Source: the human T2T-CHM13v2.0 reference genome, Homo sapiens
DNA length: 64,000 nucleotides
Direction: 5' to 3' (one strand)
Assembly (NCBI RefSeq): GCF_009914755.1
Contig: NC_060926.1
In this document: one piece after another, positions 45,001-60,097 of the stretch
Numbering within the stretch: position 1 is the first letter of the stretch
Layout: the number at the start of each line of letters is the position of its first letter
The notes under the pieces: generated by a model
The model's input: only the letters and a program-made list of their open reading frames with translations
The model's database searches: none
Told to the model about the DNA's origin: nothing
Made by a program: the position numbers and the translations under genes

Positions 45001-46436
45001 GCAGGCTCTCCTAGCCTTAGCTTATCTCTGTGACTGGAACCCTGATCCTGACAGATATCTGGAAAAAATCACATTCTTTGTCTCCTAGGATCTAGGCAGA
45101 TCAATGCAAATGTGATCTCAAAATGACACATGTCTGGGCTATTTCAGAGATGATTCCAAAGCTGATTTAGTGGATTATTTTTTACTGGCATGATTACTAT
45201 TGATTGTTATTGTGTTCTTAGATGAAATAATTGGCCTAGTATTCCATATTCCCATATCTCACAGTGTTATGATCTTCAAAACTTCAGCCATACATGCATA
45301 TGCATATAGACACATATAAATGTGTGTGTATTAATGAAGTATATGTACATATGTGTGTGTATTAATGAAGTATCTGACTTTAAAAGCTAATTAATTATTT
45401 TAGATATAACAATTTACTGAATTATTTCCAAATTACTCTGAAACCAAGGTATTTCTAGGAAAATCAGCTGAAGTTCTTAAAATGGTCTTTAAATGAATCA
45501 TTTCCTCTTCCAAAGAATTTGTTTTTGTTCCTAAGAGCAATTTTCCCTCACTGCATCTTCTGAATACTCATAAAATCTTCATTTTAAAATCTGAAAAGGT
45601 CATCTTATCTACCCACTTATGCCTGGGCAGGAAATCTTAGAAGATCATATTACTGTTTTTAATGACCTATGGAGGATGCCATGCCACCTATTTTGGCAGT
45701 TTATTGCCTTTCCTAATAATCTAGCTAGTCAGCAGGTACTTCCTGATGTGTGAACAAAATGTCTTCTGCTGCCTTGGCTTATTCCATTTGATGGTCATGA
45801 GACTAATGTTATCTTATTCATGGTCCTTTTCCTAAGGCCAGAAAATCACAGTATCTATAACTCAGTCGATAGTTATGGTCACATTCTAATTCCTTAAGTG
45901 CCTCCATCTTGAACAGTCCTCTGAGTCCCAATTGTTGTAATGTGGGTGAGGTGCTGTGAGCATGCCATCTGTTTGCGAGAATGGTGCCACTGATGGCTAC
46001 ACATTTGACACTGAAGATGGCACTGCTCATCTAAATCAAAATTTGGGACCTATAGAAGCTGGCTGCAGACACCTGCATTGACTCTCACTTTGTAAAGAGA
46101 TGTGGCCATTGGATGGAAACATGAGCCTGGAGTGTCATTTGTATTGCATTTTTGTTTATTGAGGATAACTGCTATACTCATCTTTGTATAAAGCATGGAA
46201 GTAATAGGATCAAATTAAGAAAAACTACTTAGATGGAATAGCAGGGAAGTTTCCCTAATGAAAAGATCTGATAGACCATGGAATAGCCTTCCCCAGGAAG
46301 GCTGGTCTCATTGAGATGTGGTTATTACCGAGAAACCAAATAGTCCCCCACTGGATGCATCTTGGGCGATTTGCATTTTGGTTTGTGACTTTGATTTAAT
46401 TGGAAAAGTATCTCACATCTGTTGTTGACTACATAA

Positions 46437-46590
46437 GTCTGTTTCCCAAATTCTAGTTATGTCACAGTTGCCTAGCGAACTTGTTAAAATGCAGATTCCT
46501 GGGCCCTGTTCCCAGAGGTTCTGTTTCATTAGGTCTGTGATAGTCTGGGACTCTTTGTGTTCACCAAATTTCCTGGATGATTCTATGCAA
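46437..46590. mobile_element. MER5-like hAT MITE
   Basis: 'cttgttaaaatgcagattcctgggccc...ggatgattctatgc'. Confidence 0.7.
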
Positions 46591-47119
46591 AGGGCTGTAA
46601 ACTCTGTTTTGAAAAACATGGAGTTAGGGCCATTTTGGGAAGATTTCAGATCTGATAGTAAGTGTATCTGTGTATTTTGATTTGTCCCTTATCCTCATCC
46701 TAATACTCTAGTTTGCCCCATCACCAGAGTCCTCTTCTGTTTGCAGATAGGAGGAAATGTTTGGTGAAAGACCGGAGGTTGCTAAGAGGAGAGTATTTCT
46801 CCAAGGAGCCCTAACCTTACTCAAGCTGGCATTCCCTGTGCTTCCCATGAGGCAGCTTACTATAGGGTAGTGTTTTTCAAAATTCTGTGGGAATTTATTC
46901 TTAAAAAGGAGGTTCCATGATCAGAGAAGTGTGAGAAACATTGTGGAAAACAAAGGTAACCAGATGCTTTACTGCAGGATTTCCTAGAGTTTTTATCGTG
47001 ATAAAATCTTCACCATTTTCTAAATTTTTGGTCACAGGATTTCTCATGGGACTACTGATTCATGGGACGCATTGAAAAACTCAGTGAGTTGAAAGCAAGA
47101 AAAATTAGTTTATAACTGC

Positions 47120-47300
47120 TACTTTTCACCCAAATAATAGAGTGACCTTGGATATGTCCTTTATTTTCCTCAAGTTTGTTTTCTCGTCTGTGAAATAAGA
47201 GTAATCATGCCACCTTACCTAGGTCATAGGGTCATTTTGAGGATTGAATGAAATACATTTGTGACAGTGCTTTGTAAAATATAAAGCATCATTAGTTGTC
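47120..47300 (+). mobile_element. MIR
   Basis: 'gtgaccttgg...tcgtctgtgaaataagagtaat...gaggattgaatga'. Confidence 0.75.
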
Positions 47301-48219
47301 ATTGGGAAACTAACTAGTTGCGTACAAGTTTGGAGAGTAGAGAGAGAGCACTGGACAGTTTATATTCATCTTTGCTTAGACTTTCCTTAGATTGACCAAA
47401 TGGGACTGAAAAATCTGGTCTGTTTACTTCACCAGGGTTTGTCTTAATACCATGTTAATGGTTAACTAGAGATTCTCTTTTACTACTTTCTAAATTATTC
47501 CACTGACACACTGATTTAACTAAATATTATAGTCCTTAATACCTTGTAGTCAATGCAGATCCAGGACTAGGAATTGGTGGCACATGGTGAAGGAGATGTT
47601 CAGGGCTATGAGCCAATAGGATGGGGAGGGCTAGGACTGGGAAGAACTGGAAGCTGGGATGCTGATGTGGTTATTGGGCTGTACCCCATGATGTGAGTGG
47701 TCTCAAGCGAAATTTCCTTGTCTTGAAGATTTTGGCCAAACTTGGGGTCAAATAAGTAAGAGTCATATATAAGAGATCCAGTATAGTGGGTGGCAAGAGC
47801 AGAGCAGGAGGTACCTCTATGCAGAGAAGACGTATATAAATTCAGTAGCTGTGGTGCTGTAATTCTGAGTTGTTAGTGTGGGTTGGAGCTTGATGACAAC
47901 TAACACCCAAAGGTATGAGAATCAAGGTCCAGACCTTCTGGAGATGAGGCCAAAAAAATCTGTGTCATGTGTCGAAATCTCACCAAGTGAGCTTAGTATT
48001 AGCCCTAGTGGTGTGACCATAGTGTAATTTAGCAAAACAATAGGGAAACCCAAATATACCTATGGAACAAGCATAGTGGAACTTGAGAAGAAAGAATAGG
48101 AAAGGCTGAAGAGGTCACATATGTGGGGCTAATCTTTCTTACCCCAGATCTCAGGTTTAGGGTACAAAACTAATTTCAGATCATGTCTGCTAGGATGACC
48201 AAACTCCTACATCAGCAGT

Positions 48220-48465
48220 AATAATAGCAAAAGGTTATTGGGATGCTTATTTTATGACAGGCTTTACTCTAAACACTTTATGTAGTAGCTCAATTCTCAA
48301 ACTGCACTATGAGTTAGGCACTTGTAGTATTTGCATTTTCTAGGTTATAAATTTGATGTAGAGAGAAGCCAAGTAAATTGTTTTAGTTCACTCAGCTAAT
48401 AAATGGTGGTGTGCAGACTTGAATTCATAAAGCTTGTCTCCAGAGCTATGTTCTTTTTCACCATT
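48220..48465 (-). mobile_element. MIR
   Basis: Degenerate antisense MIR core and flanks. Confidence 0.65.
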
Positions 48466-48504
48466 TTAGGCTGCCTCCATCCCACCCCAATGATGGTGAA
48501 AAGT

Positions 48505-49260
48505 ATAATTGTTGAAATGAAAAAAATTAATTATGGATCTCATCAGATTTGAGATGGTAAAAGAAAGAATTAGTGAATCTGAAGAGAGATCTATAGAAAT
48601 TAACCAACCTGAAGAACACAGAGGGAAAAAAAGACATTGAAGAAAAATTAACAGAGCTACAAAGACCCATGAGACACCATAATGCATTACAACATACATG
48701 TAAAGGAACTTCCAGAAGGAGGTGAGATAAATGTTCAAAATTTTGTTTAAAAAAATAAGAGGTCCAAACATTCCAAATTTGATGAAAACATTAGTCTACA
48801 CAACTGAAAATCTCAACAAACCCAAAGTAGCATAAATACAAAGAGATTGAGACCTTTACACATCCTAGTTAAACTGGTGAAAGATGAAGAGAAAATCTTG
48901 AAATCAGCAAGGGAAAAATCAATTGATCATGTGCAAGGGAAGGTCAGTATGATTAATGGCTAACTTTTCATCTGAAAAGTAGAAGTCAGAAGGCAGTGGG
49001 ATGACATATTCAAAGTGCTGAAAAAGTTGTCAACCAGGAATTTTTTATGTAGCAAAATTATCCTTCAAAAAAAATGAAGTTAAAATAAAGGAAACCCCAG
49101 ATAAACAGAGGTTGAGAGAACTTGTTGCTAGCCAACCCGCCTTACAAGAAATACTAAAGGTTGTCCTTCAGGTTGAATAGAAATGGTAACTGAAGTCCAC
49201 AGTAAGAAATAAAGAGCACAGGAAACGGCATAGATGTGGGTTAATATGAAAGATTCTTTA
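48505..49260 (+). mobile_element. Old L1M ORF1 fragment
   Basis: 'aagaaagaattagtgaatctgaaga...agaaggcagtgggatgacatattcaaagtgctg...cttacaagaaatactaaagg'. Confidence 0.8.
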
Positions 49261-49279
49261 AATATATTTTTCTCATTTT

Positions 49280-49482
49280 CTCAGCCCTCCCCCGCCCCAA
49301 GTAGCTGGGACTACAAGCATGCGCCACAATGCCCGGATAATTTATTTTTAGTTTATTTTTTGTGGAGACAAGGTCTCACTGTGTTGCCCAAGCTGATCTT
49401 GAACTCTTGGGCTCAAGCGATCTTCCCACCCCAGTTCTTCCAAAATGTTGGGATTACAGGTGTGAAACACTGTGTCTGGCCA
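49280..49482 (-). mobile_element. Partial AluJ
   Basis: 'gaactcttgggctcaagcgatc...gggattacaggtgtga'. Confidence 0.85.
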
Positions 49483-49849
49483 GATGCTATTTTATAATGA
49501 AAATATAAGAAGTATATTTATTTGTGGCATCACGTTCATAAAACAGAAGCTATGAAAAATACAAGGAGATGCACATTGGTTGCAAAAGTTATTTAATGAA
49601 CCTATCTCATTTTGTGAGAAATAGATTTAAAAATTAAGATAGATATAAAAATAAGCAACAGTGTATGTTTTTGTGAATGTTTCATGGGCACTTGAAAAGA
49701 GATGCATCCTCTAATTTCAAGGACAGGGCTTGAGATATCGATCGGTATACACTTAGTTTTAAATATAATTATATATTTATGATATATGTTATGTATGTCG
49801 TATGTAAATATTATTTACATATATATATGTGCTTATACCTGCTATGAAG

Positions 49850-50710
49850 TCTACAGAGACATTCTCAAATTTCAAAAATGTAAGTAGTACAGACAACATT
49901 CTCTGACCACAATGCATTACAACTGGAAATAAACAAACAAACATAGAAAACAAAAAGTCCTTACCACCTAGGTATGAAAAAACAAAACCATCTTTAACAG
50001 GTCAGGTGAAAAAAATCAAAATGGAAATTGAAGAATACATAGAAAATAACAATTTTCAAAGTACTGTATAACCAAGCTGGGTGCAGTGTCATGCACCTGT
50101 AGTCCCAACTACTTGGGATGCTGAGGCGGTAAGATCACTTGGGTCCAGCATTTCAAGGCTGTAGTGCCCTATGATCATGCCTTTGAATAGCCACTCTAGT
50201 CCAGCCCGGGCAACATAATGATACCCCATCTGCTAAAAAAATCGAGAAACAAACAAGAAAACTCCATGTCAGAATTAATGGAAAATAGTTAAAGCAGGGA
50301 TTAGAGGCAAATTCATAGCCCTGAATACCTATATTAATGATCCAGAAAGAATGAAAGCAAATGAATTAAGCTTTCCACCCAAGAAATTACAATTTTAAAA
50401 AATCTAAATAAAACATAAGAAAGGATTTAATAAAATAGAAGTAGAAATTACTGAAGCAGAATGTAGAAACATAGTAGAACCAATATATAAATCATGAGCT
50501 TTTTCGGGACAAAAATAATGAAATAGATCGTTTATTAACTAACCTAATCAAGAAAAAAGAGAGAAAGTTTAAATATACAAAAAATAAAAAGAGGGAAGTA
50601 ACTACAGATACAGAGGAAGTTAAAAGAACTACTTATCTTAGTTCCTTGCGAATGAACTTGAACACCTTAATGAAAGGGTCCTTTTTCTAGGAAAATATAA
50701 TTTAGTGAAA
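49850..50710 (+). mobile_element. Old L1M ORF2 (endonuclease/linker) fragment with an Alu monomer at about 50075-50240
   Basis: 'cattctctgaccacaatgca...ttagaggcaaattcatagcc...actacagatacagagga'. Confidence 0.75.
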
Positions 50711-50797
50711 AGAAGGAGACCAGACAGACAAGAATGCAGCATTATTCACTAGTCATTCACAACTAGAGTGAAGTGAGAGAGATTACAGTTTCTTCTC

Positions 50798-50818
50798 AGG
50801 CATGTCTGGGACATGCCT
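50798..50818. promoter_or_regulatory. p53/p63/p73 response element (sequence match)
   Basis: AGGCATGTCT-g-GGACATGCCT: two perfect RRRCWWGYYY half-sites with CATG cores and a 1-bp spacer. Confidence 0.7.
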
Positions 50819-50967
50819 GAATACTCAGTGTGTTTCTGATGACTTAATGTTGATGTATTTATTTTTCATCTTAATTAAGATGCAGTATCAGTGATACACT
50901 TCCCCAGTTTCTGAAAATTCTTGTGTAAATACACTTGCTGGCACTGTGTGTTCCTGCTAGAAGAGTA

Positions 50968-51303
<336 letters not shown>

Positions 51304-51422
51304 TCACCCCACTCCCACCCCAGGAAGTGACAACAGATTGATTTTTGAAAAAGAAATCTACGAAATAAACACTTATCTATTAGTCTCCAGTATCCTCCTT
51401 CCTATTTCTGTCCCCTCAAAAG

Positions 51423-51435
51423 GTTGCTAGGCAAC
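51423..51435. promoter_or_regulatory. RFX X-box (sequence match)
   Basis: GTTGCTAGGCAAC, embedded in the inverted repeat GGTTGC-tag-GCAACC. Confidence 0.6.
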
Positions 51436-52699
51436 CGGGTAGGAAAAAATGTCCAAAGCCCTTTTAAAGAGAAGACATGCTTACAATGTCAGAAAAATAA
51501 ATGTGTGCTTGCTCAGTTAGGCCCCCTTACAAACTGCCAGGACCCGCAGCATAATCCATTCAGTAGCAATTATTGCAATTGATCTTGAGGTTGGTGAAAA
51601 CAATTGGCCATATTCTGGCTCAGTGGAGACATGACCCAAGCCATCCAGGTGTGAGAGGGGGTGCTGCTGTGGTGTCTTTTGCCCTTGAAAGAGGACGAAT
51701 GTTCGGTAGTTACTGCTGGGGCCTCTCTGCCCATGTGTGTGATTCTATTCTTGCAGTTAGTACGATCTCTATTAAGCCTTTGTAGCGCTCACTGTTGTTG
51801 ATAACCAGTCTTCCTCAGGAACTGCTACTACATCTCCTCTGGCATTTCATATATCCACCTGACTTTAAATGGAGCCTGTCAGCCTATGCTTCTGTGGGCA
51901 TTGGCATGCACACGGTCTCTGGTGATCCAGGCTCAGATTGCTCTAAGGAACTGTACAGCCTTCCTACCTGGTGTGTGTGCCAGGGTCTGCTCATGGTGAC
52001 AGGTGTTGATGTTCAGCTGCTAATTTCCCCCATTAGAGACAATGTGGTAGGATCTGATGGTACAATCTGTTCATCTGAGGTCTGCCCTGATTTTTTCTGT
52101 CTAGAATATAATGCTAACTTTATGGAAACAATAAAAGAAGAAATAGATGCACAATCTGCCCTTTAAATGGTTTTGCTTTGTTGAGGAAAAAAAAATCCAT
52201 AGTAGTCAATTTCTTTTTGTCTATTACAAATTTATTAACAGTGTGTCATAATTAGGTGCATGGCTTTGCCTTAGAGGACAAATGGTGCTTGTTGAACTGT
52301 GACGTTGGTCTTATTGTAGTAAAATGACCCATTTGGTTTTACCAGCTGTGACTTTGGAGGGAGCTAAATGACAGAAAACACGTAAAACTCAACAGATGAA
52401 AACATTCTCAGCTCATACTCTATCGCTGATCATTCAGCATCTCAAACAAAATGTTCTTTGGATTTGCTTGCTAGTGTCTTATAATCTGAAGAATGCTAAT
52501 GCTTAAGTTGATAGGATGAACTGAAGAATAATATGCTTGAGTTGATGCTTAAGTTGATAGGATGTCAGAAGGGCAACTGGCTTATCATATCAGGCCTGGA
52601 TTCCCCATTAATATGATATAAAATGCTCTAGCAGAATCTAAAGAAGTGGTGTCTCATTAATCAAGAATAAATCCCAAATGCAGAAACAAGATGGTTGTA

Positions 52700-52905
52700 A
52701 TTGTGGACTTTGGAATTGGGCTGCCTGCATTTGAAGCTCGGCCGCACCATTACCAGCTTCTGAACTTCTCTAAGCCTCTGTTTTCTTATCTCTAAAACAG
52801 ACTTGTTTATCTTCCTCATAGGGTTTATGTGAGGATTAAATCAGCACATTATTAGCACAGTGCTTTCACATAGTAAGTACTCAAGAAGTGAGTTATTATT
52901 ATCTA
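52700..52905 (+). mobile_element. MIR
   Basis: 'cttctctaagcctctgttttcttatctctaaaa...gtgaggattaaat...cacatagtaagtactcaa'. Confidence 0.8.
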
Positions 52906-53789
52906 ATAACTTATTATTGTTAGCTGTTGTTATTATTATCATGAATGACTCAGGCTTCAGAAATATTAGACTGCAGAAAAATGGTCCAGCTTATAGGAAA
53001 GTCTTGGGTTCCTGACTGGACCTAAAAGAGCCAGGGGGAGACCCATGAATCAGCTCCCTTTGGCTGACTCCCTATCTTTGACTTAGCACTCATGACTGAG
53101 TTGGTGAGAAATTGGGGCCCAGAAGAAAAAGGAGTTCCCCTTTTATGGCCATGATCCTGGCAAAAGAGCTTCGAATCACATGGACTTTCACTGGTTCCTT
53201 TACCTTTCTATGTTGGGCGAAATCCTAGAGGCAGAGCGACAGGAAAGAGTCAGAAAGGTGCCATGCCACCTGACTCTTCACTTTTTCAGCTCATACAACA
53301 TTGGAATCATAGGAACGGAAACCCATAAAGAGATTAAGTCTGTATTTGTGGCCCTTTCCCCTCACTGGCCCCTTTGCTGGATCCCTTTTTCTACATTTTT
53401 ATTCTTGACTGTCATTTATCCCAAGGAAGTTTTGGTCAATAAAGGTTTACAAAAGGATGCCTCACAGAACATTCCCATTTCAAATAAGGAACTTCTGGAT
53501 TGAAAAACTATGAGTCTTAATGAGGAAATTTCATGCCCATCACAAGACATGTCTTTTTAAGTAGGGGAAGAGGGTTTCTATAATCTCTTCTTTATCTCTC
53601 AAATATATGCAAGTGCTCCTAATGTCGGAGGAGACTGGACTCAGTCAGTTGACGATAGCTTGAAGTTGCCTATTGCAAGCCCCAAATTGAAATTCCTTAG
53701 AAGCTGGTTTTTTGTCTTTTTTTAAAGAGCGTTGTAACATTCCTGGCCTCTCTCTGTTTTCTAATTCACTTCATTCCTGCACTTTTCAG

Positions 53790-54728
<939 letters not shown>

Positions 54729-56234
54729 TAGAGGATGAGAAGTGATGTATGCAGATGGTGAGTTTGGGGAGGAACTGGTCGTGCATGGTCCTGCTCTTTC
54801 CCTTCTGCTTTCTTCTGGAAGTTAGCCTGCCTGCTTGATTGCTCTCAGCGTAGTTAAGCTCAGGGGCAAAGGCTGTGTTCCTGACTGAGGTACCTGTGGT
54901 GGTCCAGCCCAGTCCCAAGACTGGCCAGATAAGTCTATCTCTACCTCTGCCTTTCAGTTTGAGAAAGTCCACTCCCTGCAGATGAAAGGTACATTCTCCA
55001 AGATCAGTTCTATCTATAATAAAGGTATTATTTTGGACCTTATCTGCTGACTGTGTTCATCGTGTTCAGAATCCAGGTAGGGAGAAGTCCTGTTTTTATT
55101 GCCACTCCCCTTTCCCCAACAATTTTCATATAAAACAACTCTTTTAAAATAACTTGCCACCAGAAAAAGTGATTGATAAGCACGGCATGTTTAACCTTTG
55201 GCTTTAACTATACCCCGGCCCTCCCCCATACCACTGTGGTTTTTATCCCACCACACATATAAAGCTTTTTTTTTTTTTTCTTAAAATACTAATCTAATTG
55301 AGGAGTGATTCTACATCTCTCATTAGACACACTGTAATGATCACCTTCAAAGAGCACACTTCCAAAGAACCCATGTAAACAGTCCAGAATTTGATGATGG
55401 AAAAGCATTTAGAGAACAACATGATCTATTTGAAACACATCTCTTTAAAATAATAATTTTTTTTAAAAAATTATGCATTTACAAATGTGTGTGAAAAAGA
55501 ACAGGGTTGTGGTTTCCACTCTATATGTGAAGGACCACCTAGGAAAAGGGTCGTTAGCCAGTCCTGGGGCAAGGTCTACTTCCCTGACACACTGGACATT
55601 AACAGTTGGAACTGATGATATTGCCGAGTTCTCATTGAAGGAGGAAATTAAAGAATGGATGTCAGTAAATGACCACATTGGCTCAGACGAGCCACACACC
55701 CACTTGTCCCCTCCATCATCTCTATTGACATGGCACCTTCTATTGTCCTTGACTTTCTCCTGCACTCTTCATGCATGGCTGAATTGCTTATGCGTCCTGT
55801 GTTTGCGTAAGGAGAGTACAGTAGAGGGAAAGGTACCCCAATGTGCTTTAGAGATAATGAGAAAATGTGATTCATGCCTTTTGTGAACACTTACATTTTG
55901 AGGTAGTGGTCAAGGATTAATAGAGCTTGGTGACACCCCCAAACCTCTGCAAGTCATTCCCACAGGCCTGGGGTAATAATACCTGATATGGGAAACATGT
56001 AATCTTCATATTCTGGGATGGCCTTTGAAGCAGATTGGTGCTGGGCTGGAAAGCCAGAGGACGTGAACACCTGTCACTTACTGACTATAGTGGTTAGGAA
56101 TGGTTTATTATGAACTGGGTGATTCAATGTAGTAACTTTACATTTTAGTGATTATAGCCTAACATTGCAAATGGCATTATTTAAGGTATAGGACCAAACA
56201 GGTCATTAAGAATCAGAATCAAAAGAATCAACAA

Positions 56235-56552
<318 letters not shown>

Positions 56553-56989
56553 CTACAAGCTTTTGCTTTTCTCCTTACTACCTTTGGTAATTCCTTCAGT
56601 TACTGTAAAGTATCATAGTTATTAATCATAGAAGCTTCCCTTTCTTAGACAGTGGTAATCTAAGGCTGAGATGTGATCTAGGAGCATTTTGTCTTTGCTT
56701 TCTTCCAGACATTTCCCCATCTAATGTTCTCCTTACACATCTCTTCTTCTCTTCCTTTTCCCTACTTTAAGGGATTGACCCTGATTGGGAGGTGCCTTTG
56801 TGGTGGATTTAGCACTTAGCATGGATATCTTTTCTAACCTGGACGAATCTTTCACATTTAATGACGGTATAGTATGTAGCATTGTGATACTGATTTCTGT
56901 TTCATTTTCATATCATCTATTTTCTAATTATAAATGCCTCCAACTATTTCTGTAATTTTTTCAAATGTTTTCTCTAGTGGAATTATTAG

Positions 56990-57330
<341 letters not shown>

Positions 57331-58012
57331 ACATATGCATATTTTGAATATATCTTCGTCTGTGTCACGTATGCTGAGGTTATTACCCAGGGATACCCAC
57401 CACTGGAACGAGGTAGCAGATTCTTGCAAGTGGAACCCAGCAATAAGGTTCAGTGTTTGTAGCTGCTGGAATCGAACCACTCAAGGTCACTATTTACAGT
57501 GTGTTCTATGGAGTTTTGGCCCACAGAGCATTATTCATAATCCTGTGGGACCATTTGCTGATTGCTTCCTCCTTGGCTGTAGCTCTGTTGCCCCCACTGC
57601 TCTGAAATTGCTCACTGAGCCACCCCCAGAAGATGCGGCAGTATATTCTCTCTTTGCATTCAAGTTTCTTGGAAGGATACTAAGTGTTCATTTGTCAGTG
57701 CTTTTGCCACCTAAGAGATATTTTAAAAGTTTGAAATCCCATATGACATGTGGCATATGTAAGCCATTTCAGCCTTCTTTCTAATAGTAACAAAAACAGA
57801 AACAACCTAAATGTTCACCAATACATGAACGGCTAAATAACCTATAGTTACCCACTCTGTGGAATGCCATTTAGGTATGAAAGTGATATGGATGAACTTT
57901 AAGCTGTATTACTGAATGGAAAAAAATAAGTACCAGGACATTTTTGTGGTGTATAATCCCATTTCTATTGGGATTATACTCTCAACTATATTATAAAAAT
58001 TATAAAAATTAA

Positions 58013-58295
<283 letters not shown>

Positions 58296-58358
58296 CTACT
58301 ACTACTAATAATATATTGTCCAATTTATATTGTGACATTTACTTACAACACAGAAAAA

Positions 58359-58360
<2 letters not shown>

Positions 58361-58398
<38 letters not shown>
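58361..58398 (+). repeat. (GT)n(TA)n microsatellite
   Basis: About 15 GT units followed by TA units. Confidence 0.95.
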
Positions 58399-58399
<1 letters not shown>

Positions 58400-58490
58400 A
58401 AATATTTATAGCAGATGCTACAAATTCATGTAATAAAAGGTCTAAAAGAATATAACCCATACTGATAATGGGGAGGAGACTGTATAATGA

Positions 58491-58842
<352 letters not shown>

Positions 58843-59499
58843 TAGATGAATCATGTATTACAATTAAATGTAAACTTTTAAAAATAATTAATTTTGAACA
58901 GGTAAGATGTGACTTAGGGAGAAAAGCAAATTTAGGAACAGCTGGGGCAAGACAGAGAGACACAGACACAGACACACGACTAACTATTCAACTTTATTAA
59001 TGGGATTTACCAATTGTAATCAGAATGGCAGCTCTGTTGCTGTAGTTAATACTATCAGAACAGTTAATTACACTCAAATGTCTTGCTTTCTTGCTTTTAT
59101 GAGTAAGGAAATAGAATGTTTTTTTAACACATTCCTAAGTGTTTAACTGGATGTTAACAATTGTTTCTTAGTTATTATACTTCATTCTTTCTATCTTCCT
59201 CTGTTATTCCCCTTCTCCCCTAACACCCTCCTCCCCTAGTTAGCTGATTTATGTCCCATCTGTGAACAGAGGTCCTGCTTTAAAATTCACAACTTTCAGG
59301 AAGCCCTTCTTAATTAACTGTGCCTCACTGAGAAATTTTTTACTCAGCATCTCCTTGGTGAGTGTGCTTTAATGTTTGAGGGCTTCATTTTGCACCTTCT
59401 TGAGGCATTGCTTGCTAACTGGTTTTCTGTCATTTTTTTTGCATGTATGTTCTCTTAATTCATCTTCCAAAGTAATGGACTCTTCACGAGATAAAATAC

Positions 59500-59740
59500 A
59501 GAAGAGTGAGGTATATGGGCATTGGAGACAGAAATACCTGAATTTAAAACCTGGTTCTTCCAATTTTTGCTGAAAGTTTTTTAGAAAATTTCTTCTTTTA
59601 AGTTGCATTTTCTTCACTTGTGAAACTGGAATAATTCCTATTTAATAGGATTATTGCAATGTTTGGTTGACCTACATGTGAAGCACTTGGCATGAAGCTT
59701 TGTGATAGTAAGCACTCAACATATGATGGTTATTGGTATT
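59500..59740 (+). mobile_element. MIR
   Basis: 'ttcacttgtgaaactggaataat...gatagtaagcactcaac'. Confidence 0.7.
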
Positions 59741-60097
59741 CATCTCCTTCTGTCTCTGACCCACCATGTATGTGTGTATAATGGTTGTGACATCAGCTAA
59801 TGTCTACAATGAGGTTTAAATCATGATTTATTTGCTCATTTTGGTTATATATATTCAGGGACCTGGCGACATTTGGGCTTCAAAAGTAGAGGAATGAGGC
59901 TTATATTTTCAAATCCAAATCAAGTCAATACTCCTTTATTCTTCAAACCTGCTTGCTCTGAATAATTTAGTTGGAATTTGCTGATTTCCGAAAGAGCTGT
60001 TCCATATTTGTCTAATTTTATGCTACTTTGAAGACCAAGTCATATTTTGTCATATCACCATTTCTTGGCCTACCTGCAACATGTATATGTTTGTGTG

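Noticed and set aside
45320-45373. 23-bp direct repeat with a short spacer, CRISPR-like at a glance
   Set aside because: Only two copies in a TA/TG-rich tract, in eukaryotic DNA with no cas genes; a simple duplication.
57335-57784. 149-aa plus-strand ORF between Alus
   Set aside because: No recognisable family or exon structure; consistent with a chance ORF.
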